A DNA stretch of 63,649 nucleotides, counting the filler, from Octopus bimaculoides (taxonomy: Eukaryota), in NCBI RefSeq assembly GCF_001194135.2. It is 6 parts of 6 records of this genome, joined end to end, with 100 filler letters (N's around TTAATTAATTAA, not from the genome) between each part and the next. Parts side by side here need not be neighbours in the genome. Positions count along the whole stretch, not along the records: positions 1 to 23,601 come from NC_068993.1; positions 23,702 to 50,099 come from NC_068981.1; 4 more parts are not named here. One strand, given 5' to 3'. A program made the translations under genes and the position numbers. Shown piece by piece: positions 13,570-26,235 of this stretch. Below the pieces are notes generated by a model. That model worked only from the letters and a program-made list of their open reading frames with translations, was not told where the DNA came from and did no database searches. Each line of letters opens with the position of its first letter. The first letter of the stretch is position 1.

Positions 13570-14480
13570 GTATCTATCTACCTATCTATCTATGTGTATC
13601 TACTTGTACACACCAGCATCTATCTATATGTTTGTCTCTCTTTCTGCCTATCTGTCTCCCTCTCTCCATATATATATTCTTTCCTTGTAAAATTGGGCGG
13701 ACTAGAACTGTGTGAAGTTTAAAGGGACGTATTGTTCCTGTAATTGAAATAAACAGGCTTTTGACATTGCTTCACGTTGAATTGGACTGGGAATTGCATT
13801 AGAGTTACATGTACTCCCGGAATTCCCAAATTCATTGACCTTGGAAGTTTAGTTGATGGAGCAACTGAAACCTCATCGTTGGCCATTCTGACAGGGATCG
13901 ATTTATTATCTATTTTCATGCATAAACTACAGATACCTGAATATGAATTTGAGTATAGTTTTATATAAGACAAGAATAGGAGTCCATACAATAAAGACAT
14001 ATAAGCTAACGATATGAAGGTACAAATTGAACGTCTCTTATCGATATTTATTTCGAACTTATTTTTGATCCGTAAAAAAAAAAACTCGTTGCTGAAGCAA
14101 TAAATTTATTCTCTCTTGATTTATTATTTCATTAAAGAGCTTTCCTAGAAGAAATGATATAAGAAATGGCAAAAATAAATAAATCATGAAATCTTGAACT
14201 AATAATGAATGCGGTATGTGTTTTGTTCTCTCTCTAACTCTCTCTCTCTAACTCTCTCTCTCTCCCTCTTCCTCTCTCTCTCTCTCTCTCCCTCTCTCTC
14301 TCCCTCTCTCTCCCTCTCTCCCCCTATTTCTCTCTCTCTATATATATGTATATATATATATGTATATATATATATGTATATATATATATGTATATATATA
14401 TATATACATATGTATAATTTTCACATACAAATATGTGTATGTGCATACACACGCACACACACCTAAACTCTCACACACAA

Positions 14481-14512
<32 letters not shown>

Positions 14513-14564
14513 ATGCGTGTGTAAGCAATCACACGCAAATATATATGTATATACGTATGTATTC

Positions 14565-14825
14565 ATAGAGTTTTCGACCCGCGATTGTGAGTTTTGAGTT
14601 GGACACCTGGTGGCGTGTTGTTTCCTTAATCAAGACACTTTATTACCCGTAGCTCCAGGAAAATCATTTACATGGCAAAAAAAATGAGTTGTACCTGCAT
14701 TTTAAAAGATCAGCCTTGTCATATTCTTTGTCACGCTCAATCACCCTGTGAATATTGGTACGTGTGTCTGTGAAGTACTCAGCCACTTCTGCGCTAATTG
14801 CACGAGCAGGCTGTTTCGACGATCG
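14565..14825 (+). mobile_element. SINE family C, degenerate
   Basis: Shares cagccttgtca..ctcagccactt..cacgagcaggctgtt with the reverse complement of 41710-42070, and aaaaatgagt with 57727-57965. Confidence 0.7.
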
Positions 14826-16789
14826 TTATCTATATGGTATGTTTAGCGTATGTATTTCGTGGAAATGCTAGAAGCTACAGTGCTCATCCAATGGAAATTC
14901 CCTTATCACTTTTCCTTATCTTGAGGTGTTCAACATTCACCTTTCAAGGCCCTCACTCGATGCATTAAATGAGATAAATGATATGTAAGCCACACTAGAT
15001 GGATACAAGCAGGATTGCTTTCCTGAACATCTTGAGCCATAAGAATGAACGAAAGCCAGTCTCCAGTCGTTCGCAATTTCAGTTCAGCCGAACCTACCTC
15101 TTTCTTCCTCTCCACTTTCGGCATTGCTTTACGTTATCTTTGGCTTGATGCAAAAAAAAAAATCAGATAATCTTCCATCTCAAAGCAACACGACTCTGAA
15201 TTTAATCACGAAATCGAGTTATCGTAGCTACCTCCATGTACAGAAGCACACACAGACACACAAGAAAATTCATTTTGCTCATACACATACGATATTCTAC
15301 AATGAGCATACACAGCCTTATTCATTTTATATACACACATCTTACTACAATGTCCATAGACACAATACTTCCAGACACACAGACCTTTCTTTAAAAAGAA
15401 ATCAACTATATTGATATATCCACTTATACAACTTCCTATCATTGAGTGCTTAAGTGTTTATAAAATTCTATATTGTTAAAGAGTTAATCAAATCTATACA
15501 TTTTATGAATACACACTCATATATGTAGGTATACACAAACATATTGACATATGTTCATACATACATCCGAACATGAATACAGATATAAATGGGTGGGCGT
15601 GTCGAAAATTCTATATAAATACATCTATGCACACATCTTCATATTATTACAAGTGGGTAAGTATATGTAAAAGTCTATATTGTTAAAAACTTAATTGCAT
15701 CAATATATTTTATGAATAATTACACATATATACGTGTATGTATGTATGTATATTCGTATTATGAGTATATATATGTGTGTATATATATATATATATATNN
15801 NNNNNNNNNNNNNNNNNNNNNNNNNNNNNNNNNNNNNNNNNNNNNNNNNNNNNNNNNNNNNNNNNNNNNNNNNNNNNNNNNNNNNNNNNNNNNNNNNNNN
15901 NNNNNNNNNNNNNNNNNNNNNNNNNNNNNNNNNNNNNNNNNNNNNNNNNNNNNNNNNNNNNNNNNNNNNNNNNNNNNNNNNNNNNNNNNNNNNNNNNNNN
16001 NNNNNNNNNNNNNNNNNNNNNNNNNNNNNNNNNNNNNNNNNNNNNNNNNNNNNNNNNNNNNNNNNNNNNNNNNNNNNNNNNNNNNNNNNNNNNNNNNNNN
16101 NNNNNNNNNNNNNNNNNNNNNNNNNNNNNNNNNNNNNNNNNNNNNNNNNNNNNNNNNNNNNNNNNNNNNNNNNNNNNNNNNNNNNNNNNNNNNNNNNNNN
16201 NNNNNNNNNNNNNNNNNNNNNNNNNNNNNNNNNNNNNNNNNNNNNNNNNNNNNNNNNNNTATATATATATATATATATATATATTTATCTATTTCTAAAA
16301 TATATATCTATGTCTATATATGTATGTATGTGTATAAATATATCTACATATCTGTAGAACTATATCTATATGTACACCGGACACACACACACACTACACA
16401 CACACACACATACACAAACACACAAACACACACACACACGCACACACACATATGTAGATTTAAGCGGTGAATTAGAATTAGAGCGTTGAGTATTTTTAAT
16501 TTGAAAAAGGCCGTTTCCATCTCTACACAATATATACCTTTCATGACAGAGGGGAAAGAGAGCGAGAGAGAGAGAGAGAGAGACCGAGGGAGAGAGGATT
16601 TATGTTTAAGTAAGCGAGAGAAGTGGAATCGCCTCATATCTAAATCGCATTTTGTTTATCAAACCCGAACGAGAAATTTGAGTCCATCGCTATGAGTAAT
16701 TAGAGAGTAAATATCGCAAATCATTTTAGCTGATTCTAACTCTGTGAATCGACAGAGTCTAACACACACGTAAACATCTATGTATGTGC

Positions 16790-17014
16790 ATATATATGGG
16801 AGAATTTACGAAAAAAACAACAACAGACGAAGACAGGTGGTGTAAACAACAAAAGGATGTATTAGTTTGACGCTCGGGAATACAGAAAGTCTTTAACGTT
16901 TCGAGCTACGCTCTTCAACAGAAAGAATACGGAGAAAACAAGGAGAAAAACATGGAGAAAAAAAATTGAATGGTTTGGTCAGCAATCTATCATGGCGTCT
17001 GCGGACAGAAAGTC
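16790..17014 (-). mobile_element. Penelope-like (PLE-associated) short repeat, copy 1
   Basis: Aligns by eye to 58620-58840. Carries a hammerhead-like motif with the gaaacgt signature typical of PLE terminal repeats. Truncated by an N-gap. Confidence 0.6.
16890..16926 (-). ncRNA. Minimal type-I hammerhead-ribozyme-like motif, non-canonical core (CUGUUGA)
   Basis: Minus strand reads tcttt-CTGTTGA-A-GAGC-gta-GCTC-GAAAC-GTT-aaaga: 5-bp stem I (tcttt/aaaga), 4-bp stem II, palindromic ACGT stem III. Position 6 is U instead of A. Confidence 0.5.
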
Positions 17015-17098
17015 NNNNNNNNNNNNNNNNNNNNNNNNNNNNNNNNNNNNNNNNNNNNNNNNNNNNNNNNNNNNNNNNNNNNNNNNNNNNNNNNNNNN

Positions 17099-17146
<48 letters not shown>

Positions 17147-17982
17147 GCATACATACATATATATATGCGCATACATGTGTTTGTGTGTGTGTGTGTGTAT
17201 GTGTGTGCAGTTATATATGTATAGTCGCTTGGCTTAATAGATAGGGTGTTACACTCATGGTCGTTAGATGGTGGTCTCGATTACTGGACAGGGCGATATG
17301 ATGTGTTCTTTAGCAAAACACTTTATTTTACGTTACACCAGTCTAAAAATTGAGTGTACGTGTGTATGTGTGTGGGTGCGTGCGAGCGTGAGTGCGAGCG
17401 TGCGTGGTTGTGTGTGTGTGTGTGTGTATGTGTTCTATTCTGCTTTCAATTATTTGATTTTTTTCCTCTGAGGAAGGACCTGGCTACTTACAAAGATACA
17501 TAGTTCCATCGTTGGAATGTATATAGCAAAAACAATGTCACATTTTAAATTTGAAAAATGTTCTGCATATTTTTATTGTACCACTTGAAGAAATCTTGCT
17601 TTAGATGTAGAGTTCAAATAAAATGAGAAACGTACTTACGTCTTCTTGAATAGCTTACTGATGATATCGTGCTGCTTTTGTCGGTGCTGTTGCTATTAAT
17701 TGCAGCCATGATAACGTCAGCGAAATTCCACGTGGTATAAGGTATACGTTTTAAAAATCCGGTCAGAATAACGGTACGTTCATATGAAAATGGCGTTTCC
17801 CTTATTCATCAATGGAGATTATAATCCAGTAACTGATTTGATGCTTGGTGAGTTGGCATAAATGTAAAAGAAAACGTTCAGAACGAAATTTTGCACCTAC
17901 CTGCACGTCCGACGTTGACCGCACCATTATCTAGGTGTTCTTTCTTTGATTTTTATGTAAGTTATTTTTATGAGAGTCAAAA

Positions 17983-18700
17983 TGACAAGACGACTTAGTG
18001 AAAGAGAGTTCTCGGTGTTTCTAAATATGTGGTTGAGTTGGTGTGTTGATTGAACTGTCGATACACACATCGAAACGCGTGCATCTATTCACCAAAAGAA
18101 TATCAGATGGAGAATCTTTACTCTTTTTACTCTTTTACTTGTTTCAGTCATTTTACTGCAGCCATGCTGGAGCACCGCCTTTAGTCGAGCAAATCGACCT
18201 CAGGACTTATTCTTTGGAAGCCTAGTACTTATTCTATCGGTCTCTTTTGCCGAACCGATAAGCTACGGGGACGTAAACACACCAGCATCGGTTGTCAAGC
18301 GATGTTGGGGGGACAAACACAGACACACAAACATATACACACACATACATATATATATACATATATACGACGGGCTTTCAGTTTCCGTCTACCAAATCTA
18401 CTCACAAGGCTTAGGTCAGGCCGCGGCTATAGTAGAAGACACTTGCCCAAGGTGCCACGCAGTTGGACTGAACCCAGAACAATGTGGTTGGTAAGCAAGC
18501 TGCTTACCACACAGCCACAATTCTTATCTTCACTGTATCACTAATAGATTGGATTTAGAGAATACGTGTCAGTTTCTTTTGTTTTTTCTTCAAAAAAGCC
18601 TAGTATGTCTAGGTTTTTAAGCAAATTTGTTGGTACATAACTCACTGCACATATACTGATAGGTCCTACTGAGAATTTATAGTCAGCGCATTAGAGTTGC
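17983..18700 (+). repeat. Unnamed ~330-bp dispersed repeat (family E), split by a SINE B insertion
   Basis: 17983-18120 plus 18520-18700 match the reverse complement of 42600-42930 (e.g. aaatatgtggttgagttggtgtgttg, cagatggagaatcttt, cactaatagattggattt). Confidence 0.75.
18121..18517 (-). mobile_element. SINE family B, near full length, with internal (TA/TG) microsatellite
   Basis: Reverse complement: tggctgtgtggtaagc (A box), gggttcagtcc (B box), caccttgggcaagtgtcttctactatagc core, microsatellite, then 3' module and (gtaaaaga)n tail. Confidence 0.93.
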
Positions 18701-19619
18701 AATGTTTGTATGATGTATATAAGCATGTATGTATGTATGTATGTATGTATGATGTCATTATTCAGTTTTATTTCAAGATTTCCTGCCAATAGGGAAAGAG
18801 CCGGTTTCTAACCTAGATTCAAGGCTTCTTCATTAGAGTCTCAAAACATTAACAAATTATTTTTGCATGTATGTATGTATATGTGCAGATTTTGTTTTGT
18901 TTTTGTAAGTATGTTCATGCACATAGTTGCATATCTAGACATGCTCATACATACGTAAATTAAAAAAACTTCTGGAAAGTTTTTACATGTATGTATCTAT
19001 GTCTCCATTTGCGAGTGTGTGCGTGCAAATGCGTGTGTGTACGTAAAGAGAAAGATATTTGCACTTGTTAAAATATAAATTGGTGCCCAGATATATACTA
19101 ATGGTGCGTTAACTGTTTTCTTTTTGTTTCACTGTTACATAATACTTGAGAAAATATCTAGAGATTCTTGCCAAAAATTTTCAGATATATTCTGTAGTAC
19201 ATATCGTATAGTATGTACAGTTATGCATATTCAGTAATGTGTGCATGTAGCTAAGCACACACACACACGCGCGCACGTGCGCACATATATTTTAAGTGTA
19301 TCTCTATAAATTGTTTTATAGAATTCAGAACCAGTACTGAAGCCTACCACGTTTCGCGATCGAAGATAGAAAAATAGGTAATGGGTGTATATACATATTC
19401 CAGAAGTTGTTGCTTCTGCAGCACCATATTCAACAGATTAAATATCCACAAAGACACTGCTTACGTAACCGTAGCGGTGTAACAATATCACATTCACCAA
19501 TTTACACATTAAACAGATTCCTGGCAACTGGCACGTATATATTAAATCCTTGTAAGGACGCTACATTTAGTTTTGTAACCATAATGTACCACGAAGTATA
19601 TATAGGTGTATGTATATAC

Positions 19620-19661
<42 letters not shown>

Positions 19662-19896
19662 NNNNNNNNNNNNNNNNNNNNNNNNNNNNNNNNNNNNNNN
19701 NNNNNNNNNNNNNNNNNNNNNNNNNNNNNNNNNNNNNNNNNNNNNNNNNNNNNNNNNNNNNNNNNNNNNNNNNNNNNNNNNNNNNNNNNNNNNNNNNNNN
19801 NNNNNNNNNNNNNNNNNNNNNNNNNNNNNNNNNNNNNNNNNNNNNNNNNNNNNNNNNNNNNNNNNNNNNNNNNNNNTATATATATATATATATATA

Positions 19897-19933
<37 letters not shown>

Positions 19934-20882
19934 ATGAATAATAATAGTTGAGTGTACAGATACAGATCACTTACGGCCGTTTCTACCATGAGGCCTCATA
20001 ATCTCCCAAGGCAACTTCATCACGCCAGGGATATACAGGATCTTCAGAGAATACAAATGTTAAGAAACTAACATGTAGAAATTCAGTTAGAATAATAGAA
20101 TAGGGTGAATAATATAAGTTAGAGTTAAATTGGTAAAAATAAAAAAATAATAATGTAATGTAATAGATATGGTAAAGAAAAGTAAGAACTTTATTTTAAG
20201 GTGTTACTATAATCCATGGTATTCCATCCTGTGGTAAGTAAGTAAAGTCACTCTCAGGAGATATAACGGTAGGCTGCGATTTACATCGTGGTTCCATTAT
20301 AATGGTGTTTCCTCTGCTAGCTTTTGTTTCCTGGACATAACCACGGGGAAGGAAGACAGTGGTTAAGATCAGGAAGGCAAATCTACACAGATTAAATTCT
20401 CCATAATTAACCTCTGAAGGTCTACGACTGTTCGGAACTTTACTGGTGAATAGGTCAAGAACGGCAATGTATACAATTCTCCTCTGTGACATTGAGGAAA
20501 CATATACCAATCTTTGTGAAACTGAGTCTGCACTGTAAGGAAAGATTCACACCTCATGCTGTTATTTGCTTTCCCAGTGGCAGTAATGTACAAGCATGAA
20601 TATTGCCTAAATTACTATGTTAGATTAGTTCTACACAAACACGCGCGCTCGCACCCGCATATATACACGCACATAAATACGCACATGCCTACACATGGAT
20701 ACAGAGACACACATCGATACGCATATATATATAGGTGCACTTTTATGAATATGTATTGACAAATTCATATGCATACAAAGATGGAGACATACTACATATT
20801 CATACAAACATGGAGACATACTACATATATATAAATATTATATATGTGTGTGTGTGTGTGTGTATGTATGTGTGTATATATT

Positions 20883-20913
<31 letters not shown>

Positions 20914-21037
20914 GCATAGATTTATGTATTTATATATGCACTCTTTTACTCTTTTATTCTTTTGTATATATGTATATACATATGTAATGTATGTATGTAT
21001 GTATGTATGTATGTATGTATGTATGTATGTATGTATG

Positions 21038-21076
<39 letters not shown>

Positions 21077-21744
21077 TTCTACTTCAAACTAGAAAGAACA
21101 AAACGCACGCCACGTTCAATAATATTAGTTCAAGATTTATTTTCCCGTTTCTTATATCATTTCTTTGCGAATGCCTCTTTGATGAAAAAATAGATAAAGG
21201 CAGAATGAATTTATTGCCTTCAAGAAAGAAATTTTTATATAAAAAAATACGGTAAAATTCTATAAGCCAAGTCATATTTGCATCTCCACAGTTGTAGTTC
21301 TTCCATGTATTTTTATAGAGGTCTATTTACGAATTATACTACATATACAGTACAACGATATAATCACATATACATACGGACATAAATATATATACGGATA
21401 TATATATANNNNNNNNNNNNNNNNNNNNNNNNNNNNNNNNNNNNNNNNNNNNNNNNNNNNNNNNNNNNNNNNNNNNNNNNNNNNNNNNNNNNNNNNNNNN
21501 NNNNNNNNNNNNNNNNNNNNNNNNNNNNNNNNNNNNNNNNNNNNNNNNNNNNNNNNNNNNNNNNNNNNNNNNNNNNNNNNNNNNNNNNNNNNNNNNNNNN
21601 NNNNNNNNNNNNNNNNNNNNNNNNNNNNNNNNNNNNNNNNNNNNNNNNNNNNNNNNNNNNNNNNNNNNNNNNNNNNNNNNNNNNNNNNNNNNNNNNNNNN
21701 NNNNNNNNNNNNNNNNNNNNNNNNNNNNNNNNNNNNNNNNNNNN

Positions 21745-21800
<56 letters not shown>

Positions 21801-22419
21801 ATGTATGTATGTATGTATATGTGAGTGTGTGATAGACACGTTTAGTGAAGAAGCGAAAGAAAGAAACATTCACCATATTTAATAGGAGTTATATATATAT
21901 ATCATTATTTAACATACTTTGATTCGGCCCATAAAACTTAAATTTTCGTAGGCATTTTATAGAAAGGTAGCTCGTCGGTTTTAGAATCTTACGAAACTCA
22001 AGTTGCATGTGGCCAATTCAAACTGCTTGAAATACTACAACTACTACTACTACTACAACAAATATTTATAGTAATATATTAGAACCCATACAATTTCAGC
22101 CGACGAAAACCTCTCCCCAAGAATTAGTTGGCACAGGACTGAACCCTAAACCAAGACGTTGCAAAGCGAATTGCTTAAGCACATAGCCATCCCGTCATTT
22201 TTTAAATATTTATATTTATGCATTTAAGTATTCATTATTTCTGTATTCCATCTAAATGCTTAATGTCAATATTTTATAAAGCATTTCTTCCACCCACACA
22301 TCGCATTTGTGTAACAATGTATGTTCTTCCTCAATGATCTTACAACCCATTGTTGTATGAATGCATAGGCCTTTGTGGCAAATAATGAAAAGATTATTAT
22401 TATTACCATTGTTGTGGCA

Positions 22420-22495
<76 letters not shown>

Positions 22496-22795
22496 GCATT
22501 TCGTTATTTTTTATACTCTTTTCTCTATATTTATAAGAATAATCATGGAATATTTTAGAATACTGTCTGGATACGGCTTAATTGGTTTCTTCATAAATTG
22601 AGACAAAAACTGCAGAGCGTAAATTGATTTAATGTGATTATATGTCAGAGGTTATAACAGGTTTTTTTTTTATATTACTTTCTCCAGTTGAGCGTGGATT
22701 TGGTTTAAAAGATTCATACAAACACGCATACGCATATACATGTACCAGACACAGGCTCACACATACACACATATGCACGCACACATATATATGTA

Positions 22796-22838
<43 letters not shown>

Positions 22839-22866
22839 TTCTGTATATATGTGTGTGAGTGAATAT

Positions 22867-22898
<32 letters not shown>

Positions 22899-23533
22899 GC
22901 GTATATATTAATGTATTTATACATACGTATATATATGTATATACATGCATAAACATATATGTATTTACGTACCTATGTGTGTGTATACGTGCATGTATAT
23001 ATTATATATATATATACATATATATATATACATATATATATACATATATATATATGTATATATGCAAACCTATATATATATATGTACATATATATATACA
23101 TATATATACATATATATGTATATATTCAAACCTATATATATATATACATGTATATATATATATATACACATGCATTTATTTACGTACATACATGCATGCA
23201 CACATACTCATATATATATGTGTGAGTGTGTGTGTATTTGTGTGTGTGTTTGTGTCTATTTATGTGTGTACGTGTGTATGCATTTATACGTGTGCGTGTG
23301 TGTGAAGGCAATTCACTAAATAAAATTATACTAAGTAATTACGTTGTAAATTAGTGCATTCATGGCGTGGAAATCATGACAGATCTATTTTCATTGAAAT
23401 TTATCTTCCTATTGGGTTATCTATTGTATAATTTCAACTTTGTCTCGTTTCTATCCAGCATTGATTGACACATGCATACGAGGATGCATAATGTCCTATG
23501 CACTCTTTCGCACATATTGACTGGCACACGCTA

Positions 23534-23579
<46 letters not shown>

Positions 23580-23601
23580 TCACACACATGCATATATATA
23601 T

Positions 23602-23701
23602 NNNNNNNNNNNNNNNNNNNNNNNNNNNNNNNNNNNNNNNNNNNNTTAATTAATTAANNNNNNNNNNNNNNNNNNNNNNNNNNNNNNNNNNNNNNNNNNN
23701 N
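23602..23701. other. 100-bp assembly spacer N44-TTAATTAATTAA-N44 (also 50100-50199, 52427-52526, 59450-59549, 61410-61509)
   Basis: Identical 12-mer centred in exactly 44+44 Ns at five places; it encodes a stop in all six frames. Confidence 0.95.
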
Positions 23702-24102
23702 TATATATATATATATATATATACATACGTATGTATGTATGTATGCATGCATCTCTATGTGTGTGGTGTGTATGTCTGTCATGCGTATATGTATGCATGT
23801 GTGTATATGTGTGTGAGTGTATAGGTATATGATTGCGGTTGTGTGCATGATTGACCAAATTAACTGTCCCTAGATGCTTATCTTTGATGTCGTTTATCTC
23901 TTTTGAGCAGGTCAACAGCTTGTTATCTCCGTTTCTAGGTAACAGTATATTTGTTCGCCTTCCTTAAGAAACAAATCACATGACATTAGATAAAGGAATA
24001 ATGACATTTAAGGCCTCGGTTTTATTAGTGTACCGCCTGATGTAGCTAGATGTGTCGCTGAAATAAAATCATGTTTTTAAAACTCTGAAATTGTAAACGC
24101 AA

Positions 24103-24250
24103 GCGTGGCTATGTGATAAGAAGCTTGCTTTCAAACCACATGGTTTACGGTTCCAGGTTCAGTCCCACTGCGTGACACCTTAGGCCAACCAAAGATCGTG
24201 AGTGAATTTGGTTGCTGGAAACTGAAAGAAGCCTATCGCACATACACACA

Positions 24251-24316
<66 letters not shown>

Positions 24317-24410
24317 CAACACTTGATAACTAGTGCTAGCTTTGCTTACGTCCTCAGTAACTTAGCGACAGAATAAGTACTAGGCTCAAAGAAATAAGTA
24401 CAAGCGGTTG
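24103..24410 (+). mobile_element. SINE family B with internal (TG)n
   Basis: gcgtggctatgtgataagaagc..ggttcagtcccactgcgtg..(tg)n..aataagtactaggc. Confidence 0.85.
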
Positions 24411-24462
24411 TTTTGTAAAAGATAAAGATATCGACTGAAATTGTGCCCTTCATTTATTGACT

Positions 24463-24846
24463 AGGCGTAGGAGTGGCTGTGTGGTAAGTAGCTTGCTTAC
24501 GAACCACATGGTTTCGGGTTCAGCCACACTGCGTGGCACTTTGAGCAAGTGTCTTCTACTATAGCCTCGGGCCGACCAAAGCCTTGTGAGTGGATTTGGT
24601 AGACGGAAACTGAAAGAAGCCCGTCATATATANNNNNNNNNNNNNNNNNNNNNNNNNNNNNNNNNNNNNNNNNNNNNNNNNNNNNNNNNNNNNNNNNNNN
24701 NNNNNNNNNNNNNNNNNNNNNNNNNNNNNNNNNNNNNNNNNNNNNNNNNNNNNNNNNNNNNNNNNNNNNNNNNNNNNNNNNNNNNNNNNNNNNNNNNNNN
24801 NNNNNNNNNNNNNNNNNNNNNNNNNNNNNNTAAAAGAGTAAAAGAG
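24463..24846 (+). mobile_element. SINE family B, gap over internal microsatellite
   Basis: ggcgtaggagtggctgtgtggtaagtagc head through aaagaagcccgtc, then the N-gap, then the taaaagagtaaaaga tail. Confidence 0.88.
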
Positions 24847-24938
24847 AATTATTTTTGTGAGCTGGCTGTTCCTTAATCGGATCGACTGGAACACGTCGTC
24901 GTCACTGATGGAGTACCATTGATTATAATATAAAATTA

Positions 24939-25137
24939 CCGTATTTGATGGTATATAAGGTATACTTGGGGGGGGGGGGGTCTAAAAAAAATTGTTTAAT
25001 TACCTCGGGTCCTATATACAAAGTTTGACGTATAGTACAATCTTTAATTTACTAAACACTTTTTTCTCCTGAACTTACGCTGCTGAAATTAAGATGCATC
25101 TAATATGCTGGTGCATCTTTCATGCTGTCAAATGCGG
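24939..25137. mobile_element. Tc2/pogo-type MITE
   Basis: TA-CCGTATTTGATGG...CTGTCAAATGCGG-TA imperfect TIRs with the subterminal gcatctaatatgctggtgcatct motif, as recalled for Tc2-type (MER104/Kanga-like) MITEs. Confidence 0.6.
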
Positions 25138-25734
25138 TAATTATAATTTTTGTATAACATATTTTACTATAATCACTATATAATTACTACATAACACAAA
25201 TTTTAATTTTTTTTATTTATCTAATTAGAGAATTAAAGATTCATTTTAATAATTGGGGGATCTTTGTGGTTGTCGTCACTGTCTACAATTTTGTTCCAAT
25301 TGTCTTCAAATTTGGTATATGGATTAAGTTTTGTATACTAATTATGAAAATGAAATTCATTTTCCCTATAATTTCATAATTAAAAAGTTATTAGCCTTGG
25401 GAATCCAACCCGTTCTTAATCCTGATCATGCCCCTGAAGTTTTGAAAAACTTTTTGAATAATGTGCACCAAAATGTTTTATATGAAAAAAGACAAATACG
25501 ATAATCATAAACACACACTGTCTGAGAAAAGGACGAAATAGTCACGGCTAGAACGTCTTTCGTTATAGATCATTGCTTATACTGTAGTTCTTTGTAAAGA
25601 AAAGTTCCACCGAGTAATGCTTATTTACAAGTTGTCTCTTCAATAGTACCATACTCACCAAACAATCCGCAGCCTCAAAGATCATAGATCTTTTGTAGGA
25701 AATGTTATTAAAAAAAAAAAAAACTCCTTATATT

Positions 25735-25992
25735 TCCAGTGGCTCTTTATATTCCGAGTTCAAATCCTGCTGAGATCAGCTTTATCTTTCATCTCTTTGG
25801 GTTTGATAGAACAAAGTGTCAAAGTGTCAACTAAGTACTAATCCTCAAAACTACTACTGGCCTTGTATTTCGTCCGTCTTTACGTTCAGAATTCAAATTC
25901 CACCGAGGTCGACTTTGCCTTTAATCCTTTCGGGGTCGATATAAACGACTAGTCGTTTCCCCTCTATATTTCTGGCCTTGTGCCTATAGTAG
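25735..25992 (+). mobile_element. Two adjacent degenerate SINE family A fragments
   Basis: gagttcaaatcctgctgagatcagc.. and gaattcaaattccaccgaggtcgactttgcc..ggccttgtgcctatagtagaaagg. Confidence 0.8.
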
Positions 25993-26007
25993 AAAGGAAT
26001 ATAAAAA

Positions 26008-26235
26008 AGGCAGCGAGGTGGCAGAATTGTTAGCACGCTGGACGAAATGCTTAGCGGTATTTCGTCCATCTTTATGTTCCGAGTTCAAATTCCGCCAAGG
26101 TCGACTTTACCTTTCATCCTTTCGGGGTCGATAAATTAAGTACCAGTTGCGTATTAGGGTCGATCTAATTGACTGGCCTCTCCCCGCAAATTTCAGGCCT
26201 TGTGCCTATAGTTGAAAGGATTATTATTATTATCA
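26008..26235 (+). mobile_element. SINE family A, full length, (ATT)n tail
   Basis: ggcagcgaggtggcagaattgttagc..tttcaggccttgtgcctatagttgaaaggattattattat. Confidence 0.92.

Noticed and set aside
13719-14000. 93-aa ORF read as a secreted peptide with a signal sequence
   Set aside because: The hydrophobic start lies in AT-rich sequence upstream of a plausible splice acceptor and no family is recognisable; kept only as a low-confidence exon candidate.
13761-15135. Shared NVKQC peptide / cattgctt(c/t)acgtt 14-mer at ~13765 and ~15122
   Set aside because: Too short, with no flanking similarity; consistent with chance.
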